DNA from: an uncultured cyanobacterium
GTDB taxonomy: Bacteria; Cyanobacteriota; Cyanobacteriia; Cyanobacteriales; CAWUOF01
NCBI GenBank assembly: GCA_963744145.1
Contig: CAVUSO010000001.1
Span: 3,584,001-3,648,000, forward strand
Reading direction: 5' to 3'
Length of the DNA stretch: 64,000 nt
The stretch's first letter is position 1. Every line of letters begins with the position of its first letter. The position numbers and the translations under genes are program-made. The notes below the pieces were generated by a model, which made no database searches, was not told the origin of the DNA, and worked only from the letters and a program-made list of their open reading frames with translations. Below, piece by piece: positions 42,119 through 51,675 of this stretch.

Positions 42119-42344
42119 TTAGAAGCGAGTAATTTCGATCTCGCATCGTGATCGCTGAAAACAGACATCAAATTCTCGAAAGAAGTTTGTTTGCCCAAGG
42201 ATCAAGGGCACCTGAGATGCTTGTGCCCAAGCAAATGCTAGGCGAACTGGTTCCAAATTTCCAATTTGAACATACACAAATAAACCCCGTGCTTGAACAT
42301 TGGCAAGATTTCCAGCCAATGGCAAGGAAACAGTTTGTTCATCC
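42119..42344 (-). pseudogene. 3' half of a retropepsin-like small protein gene
   Basis: LAFAW...PLILGQTNFFREFDVCF. The N-terminus is replaced by the end of the TnpB element. Confidence 0.55.
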
Positions 42345-44167
42345 GCTTTTAAAAATCTATGCAAATCTACGCAAGGGCAGAAATGAATAGACAAGACTCC
42401 GCGGTTTAAGTTTCTGAAGCATCCTTTCTTAGTGCTTGTGCTTCCCCAGTATTGAGGTTGGCCAAGAAATCCCAGTTAGAGGCAGTATAATAATCGTGTC
42501 TGCGATTGATTACACTGGAATGCTTGAAAAGGTTATTTAGTTGATGCCACTGACTCCAAACGTGCTTAGTTGAGTTCACCTCAACAAAGGCGGTTAAGGA
42601 GTCAGGTAATTTTTCCGATAGCCTCATGGCACGTCTGCCAATGACTAACGCTGCGGCTTCATCACTGGCTAGAGCATACATCCGCAGGTATTTGACTAGG
42701 CCAATTATGCTTGTATAAGCAGGATTGACCAGGATTAGTTCAATGCCTCGGTTGGCCAAAATTGAACTTAGTTGTTTAAAAAACTCAGAATATGCCCATC
42801 CAGAAAGCATCCTGGCATATTTCCGACCACGTTCTCTCAATTGTTCTTTCTTAGTAGAAAAGTCTAGCTGTTCGCAAACGATGGGGCATTGATATCTGAT
42901 TGCTAAAATGGCCAGTTGTAGACAAGCTTCAACAATTTGAGCTTGTTGTTGGCCGTTGGGTAATCCAGTTTGTAACGAAATCTGACCATGTGCTTTGAGA
43001 TTACCTTCAGGGTCAAGGTATGCCCATCCAATTGAACCAGGATTTAGGTCAATGCCGATACATCCATAGTTTACAGAACGCGATATTTGCTTAACTGGTT
43101 TTGGAGTAAATTGAATTGCCGCACACCATTTACCAGCCTTGTAATAAAAGTGCCAAGTCTTAGCACCTATCGCTGGTAATCGATTAATATTTCTAGGGAA
43201 ATCTCCAATTTTGGACTCTACATATTTACCAAACTTTGACTCTAAACAAGCAGGGACTCTAAACTTTAAATTATTCCCATCCCATTGACATACTGAATTA
43301 CCAAAAGATTCACCCTTAGAGCCAACTACAAAGACTTGGTTTTTAGGAACTGATGCCCGAATAGGAATACATTTTAGTCTAGCAATCTTTTGTTGATACT
43401 GAAACAGCTTGCGTTTCTTATTGTGGATTTGAAACCGTAAGTGTTGCCAGTTAGTTTGACGATATTTTAATGAACTGGAGAGCGGAAATCTACACCCAGT
43501 CTTACTATTGACCCAATTCTTTTGACGATAAAACTTCCGGGCATCCTTTAGTTTCTTTTCAGCTTTTCTTAACCATTGCTCACAAGACTTCGCCTTACCC
43601 TCTAAGTTTTTGATATGTAAAATCCGACATTCCTTAGCACTATTAACCGCCCCATAAGCTGATGCAATCACACCAGCAGCATGGCGTTTATTGATTTGAT
43701 AAGTCTGTTGTAAATGTGTATTCCATTTGGACTTATTGAATGCTTGTTCTGATAATAAATGATTAACGGTTTCACATACAGCCTGACGGAATATTGGCGC
43801 ATAAGCACTCAAAAACATCTCTAGCTGAGTTTTGCCAATGGCGTTTAACTCTTCTAGTGGTGTTGGTAGTCCTTTGCAATATGTGAGCGAAGTCAATAGT
43901 TCGACATCCAATGAGTATTGAATCTTGATTCTATTATAACATCTAAGTCGTAAAAAAAATCAACTTCTGCAATAAATTTGTTGAAAATAACCACATTAGT
44001 ATCTAATTTTCAATTTAGGCAAAACAAGTTCTCGAACCAACATAATTAATCTGTTATTTAAGTTTGGCTAGTTTAGTAATGCTGATAGATTTTATTACCT
44101 CATTTATATAGAATTACCAAATAAATTCTATGTAAACCTAGGTATTTCGGCTACTGCTCACAACCCC
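42343..44167 (-). mobile_element. Non-autonomous IS607-like element carrying only tnpB
   Basis: Host frames appear to break at GG dinucleotides on both sides. An 18-bp motif (15/18 identical) lies at 42352-42369 and 44123-44140. No TIR, TSD or resolvase gene was found. Confidence 0.55.
42406..43911 (-). CDS. tnpB: TnpB-related RuvC protein, zinc-finger-less type
   Basis: GIDLN, VCEQLDF, VNPAYTS and SDEAAALVIGRR motifs, with no CxxC pair after AYTS. Confidence 0.85.
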   Translation of the reverse strand: MDVELLTSLTYCKGLPTPLEELNAIGKTQLEMFLSAYAPIFRQAVCETVNHLLSEQAFNKSKWNTHLQQTYQINKRHAAGVIASAYGAVNSAKECRILHIKNLEGKAKSCEQWLRKAEKKLKDARKFYRQKNWVNSKTGCRFPLSSSLKYRQTNWQHLRFQIHNKKRKLFQYQQKIARLKCIPIRASVPKNQVFVVGSKGESFGNSVCQWDGNNLKFRVPACLESKFGKYVESKIGDFPRNINRLPAIGAKTWHFYYKAGKWCAAIQFTPKPVKQISRSVNYGCIGIDLNPGSIGWAYLDPEGNLKAHGQISLQTGLPNGQQQAQIVEACLQLAILAIRYQCPIVCEQLDFSTKKEQLRERGRKYARMLSGWAYSEFFKQLSSILANRGIELILVNPAYTSIIGLVKYLRMYALASDEAAALVIGRRAMRLSEKLPDSLTAFVEVNSTKHVWSQWHQLNNLFKHSSVINRRHDYYTASNWDFLANLNTGEAQALRKDASET

Positions 44168-44365
44168 TCGGTCATCCTGAATCATTTGGATCAGAATGTT
44201 GGCGGCTTCCGTTGCGTCGTAGGGCGACCAAATCGGATACTCTGATGCAGAAAAGATGACTTGTAGTTCAGCGTTTGGGATCTGCGCGGCTAAGAGTTTG
44301 AATAGTGATAATTTGTCTGAATGGCTCAGATTGTTCACCAAAGGAATTAACTCGGCGAGAGACAT
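44138..44365 (-). CDS. Small antitoxin-like protein with its C-terminus running into the element end
   Basis: LSHSDKL.L...YPIWSPYDA.EAA pattern. Confidence 0.6.
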   Translation of the reverse strand: MSLAELIPLVNNLSHSDKLSLFKLLAAQIPNAELQVIFSASEYPIWSPYDATEAANILIQMIQDDRGVVSSSRNT

Positions 44366-44599
44366 GATTTAAACTCCCAGATCTACGAGAATACAGTCAG
44401 TGCTTTGAGCAGATTGATAAAATCTGCCTGATACTCAAAGGAAACCAATACAATAGCAGGTTTCCCTTCGGCTACGCTCAGGGCTTCTTATTTCCCTTTT
44501 TGCCAGGGCTTTTTATATTAAATACGATCGCCATCACCGAATAGAGTAGAATTAGACACTTTCAACCTAGAGCAGTTTCCAGTAAACATCAATTTCCCC

Positions 44600-45615
44600 A
44601 TGACGCGATTTATTCATGACCAATTCGCTTGCGGATTATCTCGAAGAATTATTAAGAACCTTGGGCCGAGTCCAAGCACCCCGTAGCGTTACCACCGAAG
44701 TGAGGGAAATCGATGTTTGGTTTGAGCCAACATCAAATAGCACCGGCAATCCCCAACTGTTAGGATTATTAGGCAGATTAGCAGCAACACCCTGTATTTT
44801 AGAACCATTTCGTAATCCCGTCACACCCCAAGAAATTTGTGATTGTCTCTGCAAAGAATTAGAAATTAGACGCAGATTCTACCGAGAAACGATTCGTCAT
44901 GCTCAAGAACTAGCTGACTTACCCAGATTGTGGATACTTACACCCACCGCATCGCCAGCAATATTGTCAGGATTTCGTGCTATAGTAGAACCAGAATGGT
45001 TACCGGGAGTTCATTTAATGGCACCGGAACTCGCCGACGGCAATTATCGTGATTCACCAATTGCCCCGAACCCCAGAAACATTATGGTTGAGGATTCTGG
45101 GTAAAGGTAAAGTTCAACAACAGGCAATTGAGGAAATAGCAGCACTGCCAGATTCCCATCCTTTCCGCACTAATGCTTTAACCATGCTCAATCGGTTAAG
45201 AGCAGATTTACAAGTGTTCGCCAATCAAGATGTAGAAGATCAGGAGTTAGTTATGCGATTATCACCCCTGTTCGATCAACAATTAGAACAAGCCAAACAA
45301 ACAGCCGAACAGCAGGGTCTCCAGCAGGGTCTTCAGCAGGGTCTCCAGCAAGGCATCCAGCAAGGCATCCAGCAAGGTCTCCAGCAGGGCATCCAGCAAG
45401 GCATCCAGCAAGGCATCCAGCAAGACATCCAAGCGGGACAGCGTCGTCTGATCGAAAATCTCCTCATGTCACGTTTTGGTGACTTAGATGAGGAACTAAC
45501 CACGATCATCTCACCTTTGTTGGCTGTACCCCTCGATGAGTTGGCTCCTGCTATCCTCCAATTATCTCGTGCAGAATTATTATCTCGGTTTGGCTCCCCA
45601 AATAGAACAGAATAA
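44600..45615 (+). pseudogene. Rpn/PD-(D/E)XK-like (DUF4351-type) protein with two frameshifts
   Basis: MTRFIHDQFA..., EIDVWF, EPFRN and IHQLPRTPETLWLRILG. Apparent +1 shifts near 44633 and 45032. Confidence 0.8.
45310..45432 (+). repeat. 12-bp coding tandem repeat (QQG[L/I]) x about 10
   Basis: CAGCA(A/G)GG(T/C)(C/A)TC units. Confidence 0.9.
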
Positions 45616-45676
45616 CACTTTTCCAATTGCGGATTTCGCCAAGCGCACTATCCCTACTATTTTACCTGATTTCTGA

Positions 45677-47092
45677 TCAAAAACTTTTATCCTCATTTTC
45701 GAGTCGGTGAATCTGAATTTGATGTAACCTTGGACCCTCGGTAGAAACAATGGTAAATTCGAGGCTATTATAAAGCAATATTTCTCCCACCGTAGGAATC
45801 TTTTGCAATTGGTAAATTAAAAACCCTCCCAGGGTTTGATATTCATCAATGAGAGGTAAATCTAGGTTTAATAAATCGTTGATTTCTTCGATATCTGTCT
45901 GAGCTTGAACTAACACAGTACGTTCATCTAAAGTTGATATAATTAAATCTTCGATACAATTGGGATAATCACTATAGCCAATAATTTCAGATACTAAATC
46001 TTGAATTGTGACTAATCCTGCTGTCCCCCCAAATTCATCAACAACCATCACAATTTCTTGATGCGATCGCTGCATTAACGATAATAGTTCATTTAAGGGA
46101 GTATATTCGGGCACAAATAAAGCAGGGTGAATCCAATCTTGAATCGGAGTCTCTAGGGATATTTGACCTTGGGCTAAAGGTTCAGCTAGTTCTTTAAAAT
46201 AAATAATTCCTTTAATATCATCTAAAGATTCCCCTTTGACTGGATAACGGGAGTGACCACTGGTCGCTACTTGTTGACACAACATTTGGAAAGTAGCATC
46301 ATCAGGAATCGCATCAATCCGAGTTCTCGGGATCATTACTTCTAAGGCTAAAATCGAGCTAAATTCAAAAACATTATTTAATAATTCTCTTGCTTCTGTT
46401 TCTAAGCCACTGGATTGATCTTCAGTCGCTATAATTAATTGTAACTCTTCCGAAGTTACCCGATTATACAAGCCCTGACTTGGATCGCGAATCCCCATCA
46501 GTTGCAGCAAAAAATAAGTAGATTGATTTAAAATCCAAATAAAGGGAGTGAAAAAACGGGCGATCGCTAAACTTGGTGGACCTAAAAATCGGGCTAGTTC
46601 TTCTGAATATAACAAAGCTACCGACTTGGGACATAATTCACCTAGCACAATTTGTAAATATGCGATCGCCAAAAAAAACACCGGAATGGCGACGGAATGG
46701 GCCGTGGCTTCACTTAAGACCACAGATATGGGCCAATTATCGAGCCAAATTTTCACTAAAATAGCCATGGTATTTTCGCCAATCCAACCGAGGGCTAGAC
46801 TAGAGAGAGTAATCCCAATCTGAGTAGTCGATAACAGTCGATCGAGCCGATTCTGTAATTCTTGGACAGTTTTAGCGGGAATATCCCCTTCTTCAACTAA
46901 CTGGTTAATCCGCGATCGTCTGACTGAAACCATAGCAAATTCAGCAGTCACGAAAAAAGCATTAATCGCAATTAGCAATAATACCAGAAGCAAACGTAAC
47001 CAAATTTCTGACCAAGTCACCACAGTCGGATGGATGACTTGAAGCATCAAGCCACTACTTACCTTTAAAACTAACCAGTCAGGATCAACCAT
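45677..47092 (-). CDS. TlyC/CNNM-CBS-CorC hemolysin-family membrane protein
   Basis: NAFFVTAEFA, QIGITL, GELCPKS, VMIPR and VVDEFGGTAGLVT motifs. Start codon uncertain. Confidence 0.92.
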   Translation of the reverse strand: MVDPDWLVLKVSSGLMLQVIHPTVVTWSEIWLRLLLVLLLIAINAFFVTAEFAMVSVRRSRINQLVEEGDIPAKTVQELQNRLDRLLSTTQIGITLSSLALGWIGENTMAILVKIWLDNWPISVVLSEATAHSVAIPVFFLAIAYLQIVLGELCPKSVALLYSEELARFLGPPSLAIARFFTPFIWILNQSTYFLLQLMGIRDPSQGLYNRVTSEELQLIIATEDQSSGLETEARELLNNVFEFSSILALEVMIPRTRIDAIPDDATFQMLCQQVATSGHSRYPVKGESLDDIKGIIYFKELAEPLAQGQISLETPIQDWIHPALFVPEYTPLNELLSLMQRSHQEIVMVVDEFGGTAGLVTIQDLVSEIIGYSDYPNCIEDLIISTLDERTVLVQAQTDIEEINDLLNLDLPLIDEYQTLGGFLIYQLQKIPTVGEILLYNSLEFTIVSTEGPRLHQIQIHRLENEDKSF

Positions 47093-47195
47093 CCGTTATG
47101 CTACAGGGGAGAATGACCGTCATAGATCATCAAATTAATAATCTTATCCTGGCCGAAAACTCCTGCTGTATAATTTATCAATTTATTCTAACTAC

Positions 47196-47582
47196 CTAAA
47201 AATCTATCTGAGACTTAGTTGTTTGGGAACTATCTTTTTTCAGAGATTGGTCTTCTTTACTTGACTTAGAACTATCCTTGTCATTTTTATTGTTATCACC
47301 TTCAGATTTCTTACCTTTGCCCTCGATTTGTGCTTTTACCTTCTTCAAGATATCGTCTTCGCGCAAAATTACCACCTCTTGGGGCCGAATTTGATTTCCT
47401 TGATGACCAGGGATATTCTTAGTGGGACGAGTATCGGGTTGAGTAATCCCCGTCAATGCTTCACGACCCAAAGCAAAACCCCAGGATGCACTGATGCAAC
47501 CTGTAGCAACCATCATAATTAGTAGAATAAACGTCAATGCCACTGTTAAATTAAATCTCATAGCGGTGCAAATTTTACTCAC
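47196..47582 (-). CDS. Hypothetical membrane-anchored protein, possibly truncated
   Basis: N-terminal TM, GREAL.GITQPD.RP motif and a charged tail. Confidence 0.55.
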   Translation of the reverse strand: MSKICTAMRFNLTVALTFILLIMMVATGCISASWGFALGREALTGITQPDTRPTKNIPGHQGNQIRPQEVVILREDDILKKVKAQIEGKGKKSEGDNNKNDKDSSKSSKEDQSLKKDSSQTTKSQIDF

Positions 47583-47706
47583 AAATAACTGATCACTCTA
47601 GCCTATTCTGACCAACAGATCAACCTTGGGTCAATCAGCTAGTTCTAGGAATTGATCTAACACAATCACTTTTTCTGAACATAGTTGCCTAAATCAGTCA
47701 ATTTAC

Positions 47707-48082
47707 AAATACTCACCGAGAAAGCCCACCCCTTTCAGGGGTCGGGATGAATCGGACAGCTCATAAGAGGAGCCGTGAAAATTAATTATTAAATTATATT
47801 GTTAATAGCGTATTTTCCAAAGAAAATACGCTATACTAATATAAATCTGTGGCAACGCTGAAAATGGCGGCAAGCGTCGCACGGCGTAATTTTAGTATCT
47901 AGCGATACGACTGCTCACGGACATCTACAGCCAAATAATCAAGGTTGTTAAAAATACGGCGGGGCACGCTGGAATTTCTACGCTTGAGGAGATTGTGCCT
48001 CTGGCTAATTCTAAGCAATTAGGTTGGTTAAGCGCGGTCGTTGATTCAAGAATCCCACTGCCTTTAGGCGTGGGAGTGTCAA
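47707..48082 (+). mobile_element. Miniature IS200/IS605 derivative with an omegaRNA-like right end
   Basis: Left hairpin AAAGCCCACCCCTTTCAGGGGTCGGGATG lies just after TTAC. The right end reads AAGAATCCCACTGCCTTTAGGCGTGGGAGTGTCAA. No ORF. Confidence 0.8.
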
Positions 48083-48100
48083 TATAATATATAGTTTCAT

Positions 48101-48181
48101 CCAGGGTTGGCCGAGCGGTTCAGGCAACGGACTCATAATCCGTGGGGAAACCCAAGGCTGGTTCGACTCCAGCACTCTGGA
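48101..48181 (+). tRNA. tRNA with CAU anticodon, probably tRNA-Ile2 (lysidine) rather than Met; enlarged variable arm
   Basis: Acceptor CCAGGGT/ACTCTGG+A, anticodon arm ACGGA-CTCATAA-TCCGT, T arm GCTGG-TTCGACT-CCAGC. No encoded CCA. Confidence 0.9.
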
Positions 48182-48248
48182 TTATGCTAGTCCTACCAGG
48201 GGGCGAAAATTGCTCTGCCCCCTGATAGCGATTATGGCTAAATTCCTC

Positions 48249-48632
48249 CTACCTTGACGGGATACTTTGATTAACTGGCGGTAGGGATAACAGTGAGTTA
48301 TCATAGGGATTTGGCAAATCAGGGGTGCGTATGATCGGAGCATTAGATACTTGTTGGTTGAGAACCTCACGATAGAGATTGTAGATCCCCCGACCATCCT
48401 GGGTGATCTCATTTTCGGGAAAAGAGAAGAACAGCCAAGCAGAAGTTCTGCCCAAAGTCCGGTTTTGGGAAAAGATGCGATCTTTATCAAAAAACTGTCG
48501 CTCAAAAGCATCTGGGATACTTTCATAATGCAGTCTACCATCACTAGAAGTATCAGCGTTGGCTTTTTGGATACCAAAAACACTAGCAACCGCAACTAGA
48601 CAGAAAATACCCACTAGGTTTGGAAGTCTCAT
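48249..48632 (-). CDS. Hypothetical exported protein
   Basis: Signal peptide (..ANA), then FPENEI..D and IRTPDLPNPY..SL. Confidence 0.7.
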   Translation of the reverse strand: MRLPNLVGIFCLVAVASVFGIQKANADTSSDGRLHYESIPDAFERQFFDKDRIFSQNRTLGRTSAWLFFSFPENEITQDGRGIYNLYREVLNQQVSNAPIIRTPDLPNPYDNSLLSLPPVNQSIPSR

Positions 48633-48800
48633 ATTCACAACTTAGTCCTTTTGAGTAATAGGGATATTGGCAAAATTTGAGATTTTTTTTTGCTAATATA
48701 TAAATCGGCCAAAACTATCTCAATGGAATTGTCATTATTTTAACATCTGTTTGGGCGAAATCGGCCAAATTTTTAAATTTCTTTTGCATAGGAATCAACA

Positions 48801-49430
48801 ATGGAATTAGATCAGGATAAGTTGCCACTAGCGGATATCGCAACTGCCAATTTGACAACAATGCGTCAACAGCTTTTAGATTTATTCTGTGAACGGGCTT
48901 ATCAATCAGGGGATTTTGTCCTGTCTTCGGGTCAGCGTAGTTCCTATTACATTAATGGTAAAGAAGTGACACTTCACCCCCAAGGAGCTTTGCTCATTGG
49001 TCGTTTATTATTATCAATGTTACCATCTGATACTCAAGCCGTCGCTGGGTTGACTTTGGGTGCAGATCCCATTGTGACTTCAGTTAGTGTGGTTTCTGCT
49101 TATGAAAATCAACCAATCCCAGGGTTGATTATTCGCAAGGAGTCAAAAGGACATGGCACAATGGCTTATATTGAAGGTCCGAAATTACCTCCTGGTACAA
49201 AAATAGTAGTTTTAGAAGATGTGGTCACTACTGGTGCTTCCGCCATGAAAGCAGTTGAGCGATTGCGAGCCGCAGGTTATGATGTCGAGATGGTGATTGC
49301 ATTGGTAGATCGACAACAGGGTGGTGCAGAATTTTATCAAGACCAAGGGATGAAGTTTAAGTCGGTGTTTTCGATCGCTGATCTTCAATCCCGATCGCTG
49401 CAACTAAAAAGCCAGCTAGACCATAGCTAA
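48801..49430 (+). CDS. pyrE: Orotate phosphoribosyltransferase
   Basis: LSSGQRSSYY, RKESKGHG and VLEDVVTTG motifs. Confidence 0.97.
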   Translation: MELDQDKLPLADIATANLTTMRQQLLDLFCERAYQSGDFVLSSGQRSSYYINGKEVTLHPQGALLIGRLLLSMLPSDTQAVAGLTLGADPIVTSVSVVSAYENQPIPGLIIRKESKGHGTMAYIEGPKLPPGTKIVVLEDVVTTGASAMKAVERLRAAGYDVEMVIALVDRQQGGAEFYQDQGMKFKSVFSIADLQSRSLQLKSQLDHS

Positions 49431-49442
49431 AAACTTGATTTT

Positions 49443-51648
49443 TTAATGCGCTTGATAATCTGAATATAGTTTGATCGGAATTTCAATCTTAAACTCAGCT
49501 CCTGCACCAGGAGTTGAGAAAACTTGTAATTTTCCACCATGTTTTTCCACGACAATTGAATGAGCGATCGATAAACCTAATCCAGTCCCTTTACCAACTG
49601 CTTTAGTCGTGAAAAATGGATTAAATAATTGGTGTTGGATCGACTCACTAATCCCGTTCCCATTATCAGAAATAGTAATGGTTATTTTAGCATTATCTTC
49701 TATGGTAGTAGCAATTTTAATCAGCCCACAATGAATCTTGGATTCGGCAACTTTTAACTGTTCTTGTCGTTCTTCGATCGCATCAATTGCATTAACTAAC
49801 AAATTCATAAATACTTGATTAAGCTGTCCTGCGTAACAAGGAATATGAGGTAATTTACCATAAGCTTTGATCACTTCAATCTCTGGATAACCTGGACGTA
49901 CTCTTAAGCGATTTTGCAAAATCATTAAGGTACTATCAATCCCTTCATGGATATCAACATGTTTGAGTTCAGATTCATCAAGTCTAGAAAAAATTCTCAG
50001 AGATTTAACAATTTCTCGAATCCGAACAGCTCCTGTTTTGATCGAATCAACCATTTTCGGAAAATCTTTTTTTATGTATTCTAAATCAATATCTTCTATA
50101 AATTCTTGAATTTCTTCGCTTGATTCTGGACAGGTTTTTCCATATAACTCAATTAGCCGAAATAAATTATTAGCCGATTCTTCAACATGGGTAATATTCC
50201 CATGTATAAAACTAGTTGGATTATTAATTTCGTGAGCAATTCCTGCTACTAATTGACCTAATGCAGCCATTTTTTCCGATTGAATTAAATGAGTTTGAGT
50301 AATTTTCAGATCATAAAGAGTATTTTTTAGCTCCTGAGTCCGCTGGTCTACTGTAACTTCTAAATTGCGAGAATATTCGGCTAATTTTTCATTAGCTTCG
50401 GCTAATTGTTCATGACTGATTTTTAAATGCGATCGATTCAAATAATTTGCCATTAAAATTGCTGAACAACTCAAAGCGAGTAAAGGTGAAAATACCGGAA
50501 TAATCCAACCAGATAGAAAAGCCAGATAACTCCCACCAATTAAATACACACTTCCTGTTAATATGGTAAATATTGTGCCTCCTAAAAATATTTGCTTTTT
50601 CAAAATTTTGATTTGCAATAATTTCCAAGACCCAATTGCTCCAAGACAAGACCAAACTAAAATCCAGAGAGAATTTATGGTTCGATCCCAAGCTCTCAGC
50701 ATGGGACGTTCCTTCTAAAGCAGCACTTAAAATTTGACTGGCTAAATTAGCATGAATTACAATTCCTGGTGTTAGTTTAGAATTGGAGAATGCGACACTA
50801 CTATAAGGTGTTTGGAAGGTGTCTTTAAGACTGTCTGCTGTTGAACCAATTAAAACTAGGCGATCGCGCATTAAATTGGGAGGTATATGATTGTCTAATA
50901 CATCTTTCATCGATATACTCACAAACCGATCCAATTCTCCCCGAAAATTCATTAAAATCTGATATCCCCCAGTATCAGCACCAACATATCCACCTTCTTT
51001 TCCGGTTAATGGTATAAATACTGCTTGACCTAAGCCATAGATTTTTTTTTGCGGATCTATAAGTTTTAAAGATATATTTTCCTGTTCCAAATATATTAAC
51101 GCCAGTTTAGCGGCGAGACTCTCTCGAAATTTACCACTTTTATTACCAATTAATATTAAACCTCGCCGCACTTTACCATCAGCATCTAAGATCAAATCTG
51201 AAGCGGCTACTTGATCGATTTTATCCAAACTTGGTGGAGGATTGATGGGTGGTACTCCTACCTTTTCAATCCCAATAGATTTTGGTGCAGACTCAAATTC
51301 CTGCACTAATTCTTGATGACCTGGTGCAATTGGTAAATCTCGATAAATATCTAAACCAATCACTCTCGGTTGTTGTTTTTTGATGTTTCGCAGTAAATTA
51401 GCCATTACCTGATCAGACATGGGCCAATGCCCGATGTTCGTGATATCTGATTCTTCAATCTTCACAATCACAATACGCTGATCAATTGGCTCAACTGGAC
51501 GTAGGTGAAAAAATTGATCGATGATCGTCCATTCGAGGAGTTGAAAAATTCCAGCTATGCTCCCAGCCATAACTAATCCTGCTACGCTGGGAGCGATAGT
51601 TAATACTCCTAGACCCTCACCTATTCTCTGTCTGAGCTTTTGCCACAT
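49443..51648 (-). CDS. CHASE2-domain sensor histidine kinase, +1 frameshift near 50710
   Basis: CHASE2 (WPMSD, IGLDIYRD, DADGKVRR, PGIVIHA), TM helices, AHEINNP and FFTTK..GKGTGLGL. Deleting one A restores LEGRPMLRAW. Confidence 0.88.
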
Positions 51649-51675
51649 TTACTTTCAGCTATCCATTAATACCCC

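Larger units (their letters stand above)
39375..42119 (+). mobile_element. IS630-family element (outer), transposase inactivated
   Basis: About 34-bp TIRs ATACCAATTCACTATGAAG..CACTTAATATAG. Fragments CQDESRFG, MDNGSFH and YSPELNPIE. Broken by the inner IS, a REP-like insert and a TAG at 41704. Confidence 0.9.

Noticed and set aside
42406..43911. TnpB-like ORF as a type V Cas12 effector
   Set aside because: No CRISPR array or cas1/cas2 is adjacent, and the flanks look like IS ends.
45310..45432. QQG repeat as a novel feature
   Set aside because: Such repeats are typical of Rpn/DUF4351-like C-termini.
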